Of a stretch of 64,000 bases of DNA, positions 1 to 11,652 are shown piece after piece. Under the pieces are notes generated by a model. It was not told where the DNA came from and ran no database searches. It saw nothing but the letters and a program-made list of their open reading frames with translations. The position numbers were made by a program, and so were the translations under genes. The DNA comes from Fistulifera solaris (lineage: Eukaryota): NCBI GenBank assembly GCA_030295235.1, contig AP026149.1, positions 620,001-684,000 on the forward strand, read 5' to 3'. Positions within the stretch are counted from its first letter, which is position 1; every line of letters starts with the position of its first letter.

Positions 1-210
1 AGCGACAAGCGAACACAGCATAGACGCTTGCTAGATTTATTACCGACCACCAAAACGTAATGGAAAACAAAAACAGATTTTCTTTGAGACAAGCTCTTTA
101 TCCTTTATTCATTGTCTTGTTCTTGAATAACAAGGTAACAATTCACATCAGCATATTGAAAAAATTTCTCAGCAATTTACGTGCACGCCAGCTATTGTCA
201 AGTGAAAAAC

Positions 211-1101
211 ATGCCCGCTTCTAGTGACGCTGCATCACGCCGACGCCTCACGCGTTTACGTCGTGAATACTTATACCGCAAATCGTTGCAAGGACCAGAG
301 AAAGCGGCGTACGAACAGAAACGACTCGTTCGTCAAGCACTGGCATCGGGAAAGCCATTGCCGACGGAGTTGCGTGCTTCGTATGATCACTTGCAGAAAG
401 AAATTTCCTCGGAAGACAATCGCACGGAACAAGTTCGCACGCTGGTCGACGATGAGTACGGGGATGCCGGTTTGTTGGAACCGCGTGTCTGTGTTACAAC
501 GAGTCGTGATCCTTCGTCTCGTTTGAAACAATTTGCGAAGGAAATGAAACTCTTGGTACCCAACTCTACGCGCATCAACCGCGGTAACCATCGTGTCGAC
601 GAGCTGATGGAGCAGTGTCGGCAATCTGAATTTACCGATATAATGATAGTTCAAGAGACACGTGGTGAACCAGATGGACTCGTGGTGTGTCATTTGCCTA
701 TGGGTCCGACGGCGTTCTTCAGTTTGAGTGGAGCAGTGTTGCGTCACGATTTGGATCCCCCCGCAGCGCCCATGTCTGAAGCCTATCCTCACATTATCTT
801 GAACAACTTTCAAAGTGAAATCGGAAAGCGTGTCGGAAATATTCTGAAATGCTTGTTTCCTGTTCCTCGCTCGGACACGAAGCGCCTAGTCACGTTTTCC
901 AACGACAATGATTTCATTTCCTTTCGACATCACATGTACAGCAAACCGGCGCATGATAAAGTTGAATTACATGAAGTGGGACCTCGTTTTGAAATGAGAC
1001 TGTATCAAATTCGTTTGGGAACGCTGGAACAGAAAGAAGCGGAGAATGAGTACGTGCTGCGGCCTTATCAGAACACGGCGACGAAGCGGCAAGTGCTGTA
1101 A
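211..1101 (+). CDS. IMP4: U3 snoRNP protein IMP4 (Brix domain)
   Basis: RLRREYLYRKS, TTSRDPSSRLKQFAKE, HLPMGPTAFF, FRHH and EVGPRFEMRLYQI motifs; ATG 211, TAA 1099-1101; no introns. Confidence 0.95.
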   Translation: MPASSDAASRRRLTRLRREYLYRKSLQGPEKAAYEQKRLVRQALASGKPLPTELRASYDHLQKEISSEDNRTEQVRTLVDDEYGDAGLLEPRVCVTTSRDPSSRLKQFAKEMKLLVPNSTRINRGNHRVDELMEQCRQSEFTDIMIVQETRGEPDGLVVCHLPMGPTAFFSLSGAVLRHDLDPPAAPMSEAYPHIILNNFQSEIGKRVGNILKCLFPVPRSDTKRLVTFSNDNDFISFRHHMYSKPAHDKVELHEVGPRFEMRLYQIRLGTLEQKEAENEYVLRPYQNTATKRQVL

Positions 1102-1445
1102 CAATGAAGCATCATTGTATGAAGCTCTGCTACGAGTAGAAATAAGTTCGAGATTTTATAATAGCATTTTGGTTTATTTAGTAACCAGTCTAGATGAAAC
1201 CGGTGGCAATTTAGGTATTTGTTGCATGTGTTGCATTTAATGCCAAGATCGTGGACTGGGAACAACCGAAGGAACGCGTGACTAATAACTGACAGAAGAG
1301 ATCGCGACTAGTCGCGGATCGACATCCTGCCAAAAAGTCCGCCGCGCTTATTTTTCAGTTCTTATCTTTCGCATTGCCCGTCGAGTATACCTGGTATATC
1401 AACAAGCAATAAACCATCAGCAACAAAGCCTATCCTTCCTTGAAA

Positions 1446-1650
1446 ATGTCAAAGAACAGCAGTAGTAGTGGTCCTTTACTGGAACTAATTCTACCAGCCT
1501 TTCGCAAGTAGCAAGTACCCCGCTTTTTTTTAAAGGGAAAAAGTCGGAAACGTACTTGTACGAATTCCTACGTGATCCGATCGATCTAGAAGAATTGAAT
1601 GCCTTCGGAAAAATCAAGTATTTTTGTTGAACAAATTGTGTTGGAATGAA
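1446..1650 (+). pseudogene. Relic 5' end of a lineage-specific 'PLLELI' family gene
   Basis: Reads MSKNSSSSGPLLELILPAFRK*QVPRFF / KGKKSETYLYEFLRDPIDLEEL; same N-terminal pattern as relics near 35.4 kb and 52.0 kb; TAG at 1509-1511 plus a frameshift. Confidence 0.5.
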
Positions 1651-1908
1651 GATCTCGGCGTTGCATTCCGTGTCTTATTAGTTTCATCGTTGTACTAACT
1701 GTGATGGTGTAGCTAGTTCTATCTCCGACTCGATGCTATTTCAGTCACGATGCGCCACAACAGCATAATAGAATATCAGGAAAGATGGCATTTTGACAAC
1801 AACAACAAAAAAAAACATCGTCCGCGGATCTTTTCGTTTCAGTCCATTTCATTGCTGTTGTTTTTATCATTATCGCGAAATTAGTTTGTCTTGAAGTCTT
1901 GTATCAGA

Positions 1909-3345
1909 ATGTCGGAATTAACGGACGGAGAGATGCAAGTCGAAGAAAAACAGACATTGTTAGATCAGGAAGAAGAACCTACATCACGAAAGCGCAAACT
2001 CGGGGGGATTCAATCAGACTCGAACGAAGAAGGAGAAGACAACAAACCTGTGGATGAGTCCCTAACGAAGAACAATGAAGAAAATACCGAAGAACCTTTA
2101 CTAAAGCCGGAAGAAAGTACGAATAGAAATGACGGAGAAAGCAACAACGAGGAAACAGTTGAACAATCCTCCATTCCGTCCTCACCGAGAAAACAAGGAA
2201 GCTACGACTACGACAAACTAAAATGGGTCGTTGTTCGCAACGACGGAAAACCAGACTCGATGATTAAATTGATCGGCTTGAAATCTTTGTTCGCCAAGCA
2301 GTTACCCAAGATGCCGCGATCCTACATTGCTCGATTGGTGTTAGATCGCCGCCATACATCTATTGCTATCTTACAAGACAAACCGGAACTCAAAAACACG
2401 GACGATGAAATTGTAGGTGGTATTTGTTACCGGGCATTTCCCGAAATGAGGTTTGCAGAAATTGCCTTTTGTGCGGTGAATGCGAATCATCAAGTCAAAG
2501 GATACGGCAGCAAGTTGATGAATCTGTTCAAGAATCATGCGGTCCAAGAAGGCATTGAATACTTTATTACCTACGCCGACAATTATGCTATCGGATATTT
2601 CAAAAACAAGGTTTCTCAAAGACGATTTCGATGCCCAAGGGACGATATTCGGGATTGATCAAAGAGTACGATGGCGGTACACCGATGGAATGTTATGTTC
2701 ATCCTTCGATCGATTATACACGCATTCCGGAACTGGTGCAAGCACAGAAAGACTTTATCATGAGCCGTATTAGTCTGACAGCCCAATCTCACATTGTGTA
2801 CGATCCTCTGCCGCACAATTTTGCTTCCGCCTTTTTCGACGGAGCGTCTCATCGTCCTCGCGCGGCAATCATAATGCCGCACGAGCGCTGCAGGTTCCGG
2901 GCATGATAGCCGCCGGCTGGACGCTGAACGACTTGCGTCAACGGGCCGAAACGCAACGGGAAATTAAGAGTTTGAAGAGTGACTTGTTGCAGATGGTGCA
3001 CCGTATTAAAGAACAGCAATTTGCCTGGCCATTCTTGGAACCCGTCGACACCAAGGACGTGCCGGATTATTTGGATGTAATTACCAAACCAATTGACTTG
3101 GCTACTATTGAAAAACGGATCCGCAGCGACAATCACTATCGTACGAAGGAAATGTTCTTTGCCGATATTCAATTGGTAGGTCTTACAGCAAACTTCTTCA
3201 GTGTATTGTCTGTCATCGTTCTCAACCCTCTGTTTTTTTTTTGTTCTAGATGGCTGACAATTGCAAAACATACAACGATGACGGAAGCATGTATGTCCAG
3301 TGTGCTAAAAAGTTGGAAAAGTTCTTGAACGATAAACTGAAGTAA
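1909..3345 (+). CDS. GCN5: Histone acetyltransferase GCN5 (GNAT + bromodomain)
   Basis: KQLPKMPRSYIARLV, FAEIAFCAV, QVKGYG, TYADNYAIGYF, IKEYDGGTPMEC; bromodomain AWPFLEPVD...PDYLDVITKPIDL; apparent frameshifts near 2605 and 2855; intron 3176-3249. Confidence 0.93.
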
Positions 3346-3503
3346 TAAGTGTCCGCTTGTTAAAATCTTTTCATCGCTTACAACGATAAAATTGCCATTG
3401 TATACAAAGTTGCGATTACCACGTCGAAATAAGAGCATCACAAAAACGGTGCTTCAAAATCATCGGCTTGTGTGTAATGTACAAAACAGTTCTAAATGTT
3501 ACT

Positions 3504-5041
3504 CTAAATCGATGACGCAAAAAAGTGGTGTTGAAGGAACTCGAACACTCCCAGCTTTTCGGCGCCTTGTTCGATGATTAATGTTGCGGCCGCTTTCCAC
3601 ATGCTGCCGAGCGGTATTTTTCCAAAGGGGACCATAGGTTTAGTGACTAGGGGCTTGTCGGATCGATATCGTTCGTTCCAAGCGGCGATGGGTGTCAAGA
3701 TTAGAAACAAAGTACTTGCCCCGAAAATACCGGCGTATTCCAGCGCTGCAAAGGCATTGTTACTGCCTTCCGACCACTGCTGAAAAGCCAAAGGAGGAAG
3801 TAGAGCCAAAGCAACCATGGCACTTCGTTTCCATGCGTCAACGGTCGATGTTGATTTCGATAATGTTGAAACCCCTTCTTCTTGATTTGTGCTCAAGAAA
3901 GCATTCTCCCATGCAGAAGTTAAACTGGAGGTCAAACTCAACAGGGAGGTAAATAGCGCTAATGAAGTGAAACATGTTGCGGCTGGTGTGTCCAAATTGG
4001 CCCCTCCCAACGAGAATGCATTCCAAGTCAGCATGGTGATGAACGGCAAAGTTGTGCACCCACCACGGCTTGCGTGATTTTCGTCCGATCCCCTTCCAGT
4101 TGCGATACCACCGTTGGTACAACGCTTTGATATACCAAGCTCATGAACAAAATCGGTAAGCAATTGAGGACTAACTCGGGATGTTGATCCGCCAGTAGAG
4201 TATTGAAGGAAATCCCTCCCGAAGTGAACGTGGCAACCCCCAAAGCCAACAAAGCACTTATCAATAAGACAGCATTCATCTTTTGCAACAGATTCGAACT
4301 GAGTCCCACCACAGCCGAGCCCAGTATTCCGGCTAAAAGAACAGGATCGATGACTTGTTGTTGTTGTTGTGAAAAATAATACGCCACGAGCGCGTACTCG
4401 ACCACCCAAAAACTCCCCGCGGCCACCCCATTCCACGGTTTTCCTAAATTCACCAAATTTAGTAATGAATGTTGTACTTTTCCCGTTTCAGCCATGCGAT
4501 TCAAATGCAGTTCCGCCAACAACAGCCCCGATAAAGTCATATAAATCCACGCGGGGGTCAACGCGACCGCCGAAGGCACAAATCCGATCGAACTAGTCGC
4601 CACCGGAAAGGCCGTAATCCCTGCTCCCAATGCGGTTCCGGCAATCAATGCTCCCGCTGTCCATACATTGCCTTCCTTTCTCGTCACCGAAACTTCGCCT
4701 TGTTGACGTTGATACTGCAATGAACTGTAGAGACGCGAGACTTGTTGCGATTCGTATTCGGGAAATAGAACACGACTGTCATCGATGGTTCCCATTTTTT
4801 CTTCTAACTGGTGCAAGACACTATGCCACCGCGATGACTCAACGAGAGATGATGATGATGATGATGATGATGATAATGATTCGGGTGGTGATTCGCTCGT
4901 GCACGTGTCTTCGAGTAACGAAGCAGTGTGAGGAGGAACAGGAGGAGATTGTCGTGAACGAGATTGTGTCACGAAACCATTCGTTTTAAATAATTGAGCA
5001 GTGAATAAGAAACAAGATAGTAGCAGTTGTTGATATCTCAT
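3504..5041 (-). CDS. Tyrosine/tryptophan (aromatic amino acid) permease family protein, probably plastid-targeted
   Basis: LIAGTALGAGITAFP, LLLAEL, FMSLVYQSVVPTV and ALFTSLL motifs; multiple TM helices; signal peptide ending TNG-F; 1-nt frameshift near 4055. Confidence 0.8.
4847..4880. repeat. (GAT)n microsatellite encoding poly-Ser in the permease presequence
   Basis: gatgatgatgat... run, read as SSSSSSSSS on the minus strand. Confidence 0.9.
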
Positions 5042-5436
5042 GGCGTTTATTGTCATGTAGGTATGTTGGTGTTTTGTCTTTGATAGCAAAGGGAGGAGGA
5101 AAACGGTTCATCGTCTGTGAGATGATGTGGTCGTTGTTGTTGTTGTTGGGATTGACGCACGTTGAAGATGTACCTCTGCGTCACTGATTGCAAGACAGTC
5201 CCAAGCCACGTCACCATGCTACTCTATGCTGTAGACTCTGATAAGTTTTGGAGGGAATCTGGGATTCTATGGAATGACCTGTACTCTCAACCATCGACGT
5301 CAAACAAGCGGACATCTGGTTTTCTTCCGCCAGCGAGGGTGGCTTTGCTAGCGATGGAGAGGATTGGCTTTACCTAGATTTTTTAGTGCAACACTTGTTA
5401 TATTGATAAAATGATACTTTGTTAAACTCTACATGC

Positions 5437-8430
5437 TTATACCAATTGTTGCCGATTGTCGTCTGGTTGCGGTGTTTGGACGGATAAGTCAAAGACTCCC
5501 CCTCCACCACGACGTGGTCCAGGAGATGGATTCACTTCGCTTGCTCGGGAGCGCGATCGCGACCGTGTCGATCGTTCGGGTTGCACTTGGACTTGCCGTA
5601 AGGCAGAATTAGAACGACCTCGGCTGCCCTTCGAACCGGCGGATTTGCTTCTTTGCCTTCGGCTAGAGGATCGGGTCGATTTGGTTCTCGACCGTCGACT
5701 AGACACTTCCGGGAGCATGCTTTCGTCCAGTCCCCGACCATTGACTTTTCTACGTTTCTTTTTGCGCTTGCGAGTCAAGTCGCGGAAGAAAAATGACATG
5801 TAACTTTCGTTGCGACGTCTCTTCTTTCGGGCGCGGGCGAGGAATATGGATACGGAAAGAGTCACCGCCATGAACATGACAAGCATCACAGATACCTGAC
5901 CCACAGCTCCAGAGCGTCCCAAGCCACAGCGGATGGCTTGGGTTTATATCGCTTTCGAACGCATTTGTCCAAAAAGAAATTGTGGGGATCATCGCAACCA
6001 CCTTTCCATGTAGGTGCCGGAGAGTAGGTTGGAGGCATCGAACCTCCGTTGTACTCAACCCAAGCACCTCCCAAGTCGGGTTGGAAGACCTCATATACAT
6101 CGAGTCGATTCAAAAGAGCGCCAAGCATCCTCCATTTTTGCAAAATTTGCTTGTGCCCACCGCAACCCCCGACGGATACATGGAACGCCAGTAATCGACA
6201 TAGTTATTGCAGCGCGTCAGATACGCAGCGGCCGCTTCTTCATTAGCAAAACGAGGGGAATAAGCTAGAGTCATTTGAGGGCAGAAACCACCAGTACCTG
6301 ATCCGTCAGGTCCGCACCCGTAGCTAGCACGATCTCCAGCAGAGTGCATGGCACAATTCGAATACACACCAATGCTGTTTTTCGGGGAAGCATAATTCCA
6401 GGTGATACCGAGTTGCTTACACAAGTTGTCGTACAGATAGGCTAGAGCAGATGTTGTGTCGGCTTCAAACTGCAGTTTGGCATGACCGTCATCGTCAATA
6501 AAGACAAACGCAGGTTTGATGTAAAGTGTACCGAAATCAATATTCTTCAGAACTTTGATCAAATCACCAAGTGCCATTCCGCCCTGTAGTAACACAAATT
6601 AGTATCCAGGCAGTCGTTAAGGTTCCTACAAAGCGAATGCACTCCTCACGTACCATATTTGGATTGGTGGTTCCAGTGTAGAAAATGGGAATATGCGCCG
6701 TATCCTTGTCCACAATGGAGCCAACGGCATTTCCCAATTCTTCTCCAATCAACCAACCGTGATTTGTACCAAAGGACGTGACGTAGGTTCCATTTCGATC
6801 TACCAAGTATTCAAAATCAAATTGATCTTGAAACGTCGAACTACTCTGCAGCTTGGAACCACTGGTTCGAGACAGTGGAATACCCAAGAACGTTTCACCT
6901 TCTTGTTTGCAGTTCGGTGGAAGTTCCCATCCGTCCGTCATGTCGTGCTTCGCCGACATTTGATTCCATGAATAAGGGTTCCATTCCCAATTTCCACCGT
7001 TATTGTCATGTGATCCGGCGTAATCGAAACTAATTGACGTCACCGAAGAGTAGTAAGAAGCAGAATAACCACTCGAGTAGAGCGTGGCATATTTTGACTC
7101 GGTACTCGTTAACTCACGATACGGTGCAAAAGCTTTGGTAATATTCGCTCGATCGAAAAAGAAGTACAAATTTCCGTATCCAACTTTTTGCTTGGTTCCA
7201 CCACGCCCCGGAGGAAAAGCTGCATAACCACTGGAGCCGATGGGAACTCCGTTTGGGTACATGGCTTGCCACACGGCGACTTCCAAGTTAGCGGCATAGG
7301 CATACTGCGATTGGTGGTACGACGACCAGAATTTGATACCACGAGCCATGGACACGTGTGGATCGGTGTCATGATCATCCATACAAGGTCCTCCTCCGAC
7401 GTTGTACATGGCAGTGAACAGATCATCCAAAAACGATTCGTACGCCGAATAGGAATTGTCATCTTCGTATGTTTCCACCACCGAAACGACTAGAGTAACA
7501 TCGCCCGAAGGAACACCACCGCTATTCTTATCACCGGAATGGTGACCTCCTCCTCCTTTAAGCTTTTCGGGGTAAATGCTAAATGGTGCAAATGAGACAG
7601 TGCTCATGGCTTTGTAAACTTGCTCAATCGATGTACCACCGGCATCGGGATCCAAACTACCGACTCGAAGCAGCTCTGTATGTGATGAATCGATGTAACT
7701 GCAAGCGTGTTGGACGCGTGAGTCAAGTCAAATCGTAAAAATAAAAGAGAGAGAGCCGACCGACCAACCGAGAAGGACACGACACTTACGGCATTTTTCC
7801 AGAATAATCAAACTGTTTGTAACCTCCACCCACGAGCCACCCGTCTTCATCCATACTCATAATGTACTCGTAATCACGATCAATAATATTTTCCATAGGA
7901 AACTGATCGCAGAGTTGATACGAATACGGATTACCGTTGGCTGTATTGACGGAAAAGGAAATGCCGATAAAGGACAAGCCTTTTTGTTCGCAATCTCCGT
8001 CTCCACTATCGTGGGAAGGCGTTTCTCCCGACGAACAGTCGTGTCCGTAGACGTAGCAAAGTTTCGATGCGCTGTATTTTTGATAATTGTAGCAGCAGCC
8101 GGAAAGTTGACTACTCAGTTGGCGGTCGTCCTCGTGATGATGGTTGTTGTTCGAGAGGGGCATTTGCCAAGGAGCCAGCTTGGTGACGGGTTTTTGAGAG
8201 TTTTTGTTCCATTTTTTCTTCTGATAATCTTCTAAAACTTGCGCTTCGAGATCTCCTCGTGTCGATCGATACGCATGCCCTTCTAATGGCCTACCATTGT
8301 CGTGATAGTGTGATATTTTTCCATTCTCTTGTCGATGTTTCACCAATCGCGATCGATCGGGGATTTTGGCATTCACAATCGCTGCTATCCAAGTAGCCGC
8401 AGCGGCTAATTTCATTTTCGTCATGATCAA
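5437..8430 (-). CDS. Uncharacterised type I membrane protein with two tandem ~300-aa luminal domains and an Arg/Ser-rich cytosolic tail
   Basis: Signal peptide; frame-preserving introns 7699-7789 and 6584-6653; homopolymer frameshifts near 6112 and 5908; TM VSVMLVMFMAVTLSVSIFLA followed by RARKKRRR; clear internal duplication. Confidence 0.8.
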
Positions 8431-8454
8431 TTGCCGTAGTGATATTGTTAATCT

Positions 8455-8586
8455 TATTGTTGTTGTTATTGTTGTTATTGTTGTTATTTTATGAAGGAAT
8501 TAACGCTGGACGGCCATTGAATTTGAGGATGATGGTCGTTTCACTTCATTCGCAAGAACGCGAAGAGAGAGAGAGAGAGAGAGAGT
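8455..8586. repeat. Simple repeats (TTGTTGTTA)n and (GA)n upstream of the membrane-protein gene
   Basis: ttgttgttattgttgttattgttgtta at ~8458-8487; gagagagaga at ~8563-8586. Confidence 0.85.
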
Positions 8587-9241
8587 GATGAGGAGAGCAT
8601 TCGTTCGAGGTTCGAGCCAGCCGAAAGCCCGTTGTCCCTCAACTGCCAAACCGTTTTTACAATAAATTGCAAGCGGGGCACACCCGTCCTTTGAATACTT
8701 AGATGAAATGGATCCAAATAAGACAGAGTCAAACAGTAGTCAGAAGGATAGAGAGTACTACGTCATAATCGAAATACAGCGACATTTTTTTTATTTGTAC
8801 ATGCTTCCAGATACACACTTCCGTTCGAAAGGATTTCATATCAATTCGAGTTTTTTTTGTCACTCCTTTTTCTCCTTTGGCGACCTGCGGTGGGTGTCCT
8901 GTATGTCAAAATGAGAAGTCCTCTTTTACCGCAACTGGTTGAAGAAGGGTTACTCTTTCCGTTGACAGTTAAATCCGCGGCATGAAATCCTCGCCACATG
9001 CCACGTGCCACTGCACCCTATCCTGGAGTCCCGAACGACCGTGATCCATTTCTTTCGTCCGCAACCACAACGCAAAAAAAAAAAACAGCGTCGCAACCGC
9101 AGGACCCCTAGAGGAACTAGGAATGATCGTTTACAAAGTCACAAATCGATCCATCCTACGATAAATTTTACCAGGTACTCGTATTCGATAAGTACTACAT
9201 TGGTAGTTGGTAGTTCAAACAATTAGAAAGTTGCTGGACAA

Positions 9242-11191
9242 ATGCCCACACGAACCAAACCGGTTGATGAAGAAGACACAACGTCATCGAAAAGAGAAAG
9301 TCGCTTCATGAAGACGCCGCCGCCGCCGCCTCGAGTGATGTCGGTGAAGTTAACGCTCCTCCAAAAAAAGAAACGGAAAGAATCGAATAATAATTATAAT
9401 AAGAAGAATGAAGAAGCAATAATACTTTCAAAAAGACGAGATTGACGCCATCCCGTAGTGCGGTCAAACGGAGCAAAGCAGCTCCCTCTCCGGCCGTGGA
9501 AAATGTTGTAACAACCGATGAGATTGTCACGAGCATTAAAGAGAAGAACATTTTTCGATCGCTCCGCGTCGAAAATCTCAAAATCCCTTCTCATCAAACA
9601 CCGGGAAAGTATCCAGTGAAAGCCGTCGAACAATTTATAGAAACGGAAACAAAAATCACCCGACCACCGCAGATGCGACTTCATCTTGGTGAGACTGTCA
9701 CGGAAGACCTGAAAATAGAAAAAGAGACCCGCGTACAACAAGAAGAAACGACGAAAGAAGAAATAACAATGAAAGAAAACAAACAGGATCCGATTTCGGA
9801 GAAGACAGAAGAAACAACGAAAGTAGCCGAGGCGGCGGAACCAATTTGGACGAATCGCAACTTTTTGGATGTGGGGGATGATGGCATTGCACTTGCTTGC
9901 CTTATACCACTGCGGGTCCGTTTCGAATTATGCTTTATCGTTTTACAAGTCTCTGTTCGGGACGAAAGTAAAAGTATCGGTGCGGGAGATTTCTCCTTTG
10001 GAAATGGAAGCTACCGAGCGGTTGAACACTCAGTTACAACTCCTTGATTTCAACATGGCTCGATTAAACAAAGGACGTGATGTACTGTTTGCAGATCTTC
10101 CTGGCCATCAACAATTAGTGGCTAGACTGTCCGAGCTGATGGACTTGGCCAATGCACCCTGGACGGATCGTTTCGAAGAGTCCATCCGATCTGTTGAAAA
10201 GCTCATCGCCGAAGATCAGACATTGTCAACTTCTACAATTGCTTCGATCAGAGACCTCCTAGGCGAAGAAGCGTCCGAATATTTGCTGGATTTGCGAAAC
10301 ATCAAGTTGTGGAACATTAGCACCAATGTAACAGAGTGTGGTCAACGGGAGTCTCTCACCGAAGGTCGTGTCCTGGATGCGCAACGACAGCTATTGCTCG
10401 ACTTGCAAGAAGAGACGTCTAAATTAGTAAACGATGAACGGGTTAAGAATGCCGTTATCGAATGGATTCGTCAGGATACAGCCAAACGCTTTGAGGGGCC
10501 TATCGAAGTTCCAAGCACCTCGAACCAACCTCGAGGATCCAATTTGGATTCGATCCGCAAAGCCATCCAATCGCGAATGGACATAGTAGCGGCCGACCTT
10601 ACGGGGAAAGTAGATTATGCAGCTATTTCTTCCGGTGGGGTTATCATAAAGACAGGGAAATACGCTACAACATCTTCCATTGTGGACACATTGCCGTACG
10701 GCAATCGCTTGTTGCACATGCTGCGGTTACGATTCTATGGTCACGGCCCAGAAGCGGCCATTATGCCAACATATCCATTCGATCCCTCCCAAGCTTTGGG
10801 AAACTGCTGGGCCTTTGTCGCAACACCGAGTGAATTAGGGAAATACGCGGTTTTCTCTGTCAGTCTAGCCAATCCGATCTATGCCACGCAAGTCGCCATC
10901 GAGCATCCACCCCGTGAGGTGAATGATCGCGCCAAAGCTGCCATTCGATCCTTCCGAGTGGTTGGTTTTGAGTCTGCCGATGCCACTGGGAAAGCGTGGG
11001 ATATGGGACAGTTTGAATACCGGCTAGGAGATGATTATCTTCAAGTATTTGATTTGGAGGAAGAAATGGGAGATGCTGATATACCGGCGATCCAATCACT
11101 TAGCTTGCTGATTGATTCGAACTGGGGTTTGGGGTATTCTTGTCTGTACCGACTTCGAGTCCACGGTCACAATGTGGATAACGAGTCATAA
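9242..11191 (+). CDS. SUN (Sad1/UNC-84) domain nuclear-envelope protein
   Basis: C-terminal VDYAAISSGG, GNCWAF, IEHP and SNWGLGYSCLYRLRVHG; TM helix near 9870; low-complexity N-terminus split by apparent frameshifts near 9415 and 9865, so the start is uncertain. Confidence 0.85.
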
Positions 11192-11652
11192 GAAGTCATG
11201 GATAATGATAAAATGTAGAAGGACACGTGAACAGCAACTCTAGCTTTTAATTCTAATGATTTGGTGCCATTCATAGGTGAGCCCAACTATCTTTACCTCA
11301 TACATCATATTATTATATTAAGGGACAATATGGCTGAGGAGAGAAAAGTTGACAAAAGTACAAGGATTAAAAGGCTTAGAAGAAAGAAGTCTCCCCTAAC
11401 ACCAACAAGTAATCCCTAAACGCATCGCATATCGCATCATCCTTTCTCCTCCGTCTGTCCCTCAACCAATAACAAGAGGCAAGAGGGGTAATAGTATAAG
11501 CGTTAGAGTGCACGGTACTACACGGCGGTCACGCATGTTCGGTTGTTGCGAGAAAAACAAATTTTTGCCGCGTTTTTTACAGGAAGAAAAAAGTCCTGGA
11601 GGCATACTACGTACTATTTCATTAATAATCAACAAATGTTTACAATCTGACG

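Noticed and set aside
1500..1560. Hairpin (caagtac...gtacttg) as an snRNA or ribozyme
   Set aside because: No U-snRNA or hammerhead core motifs; the region reads better as a decayed coding relic
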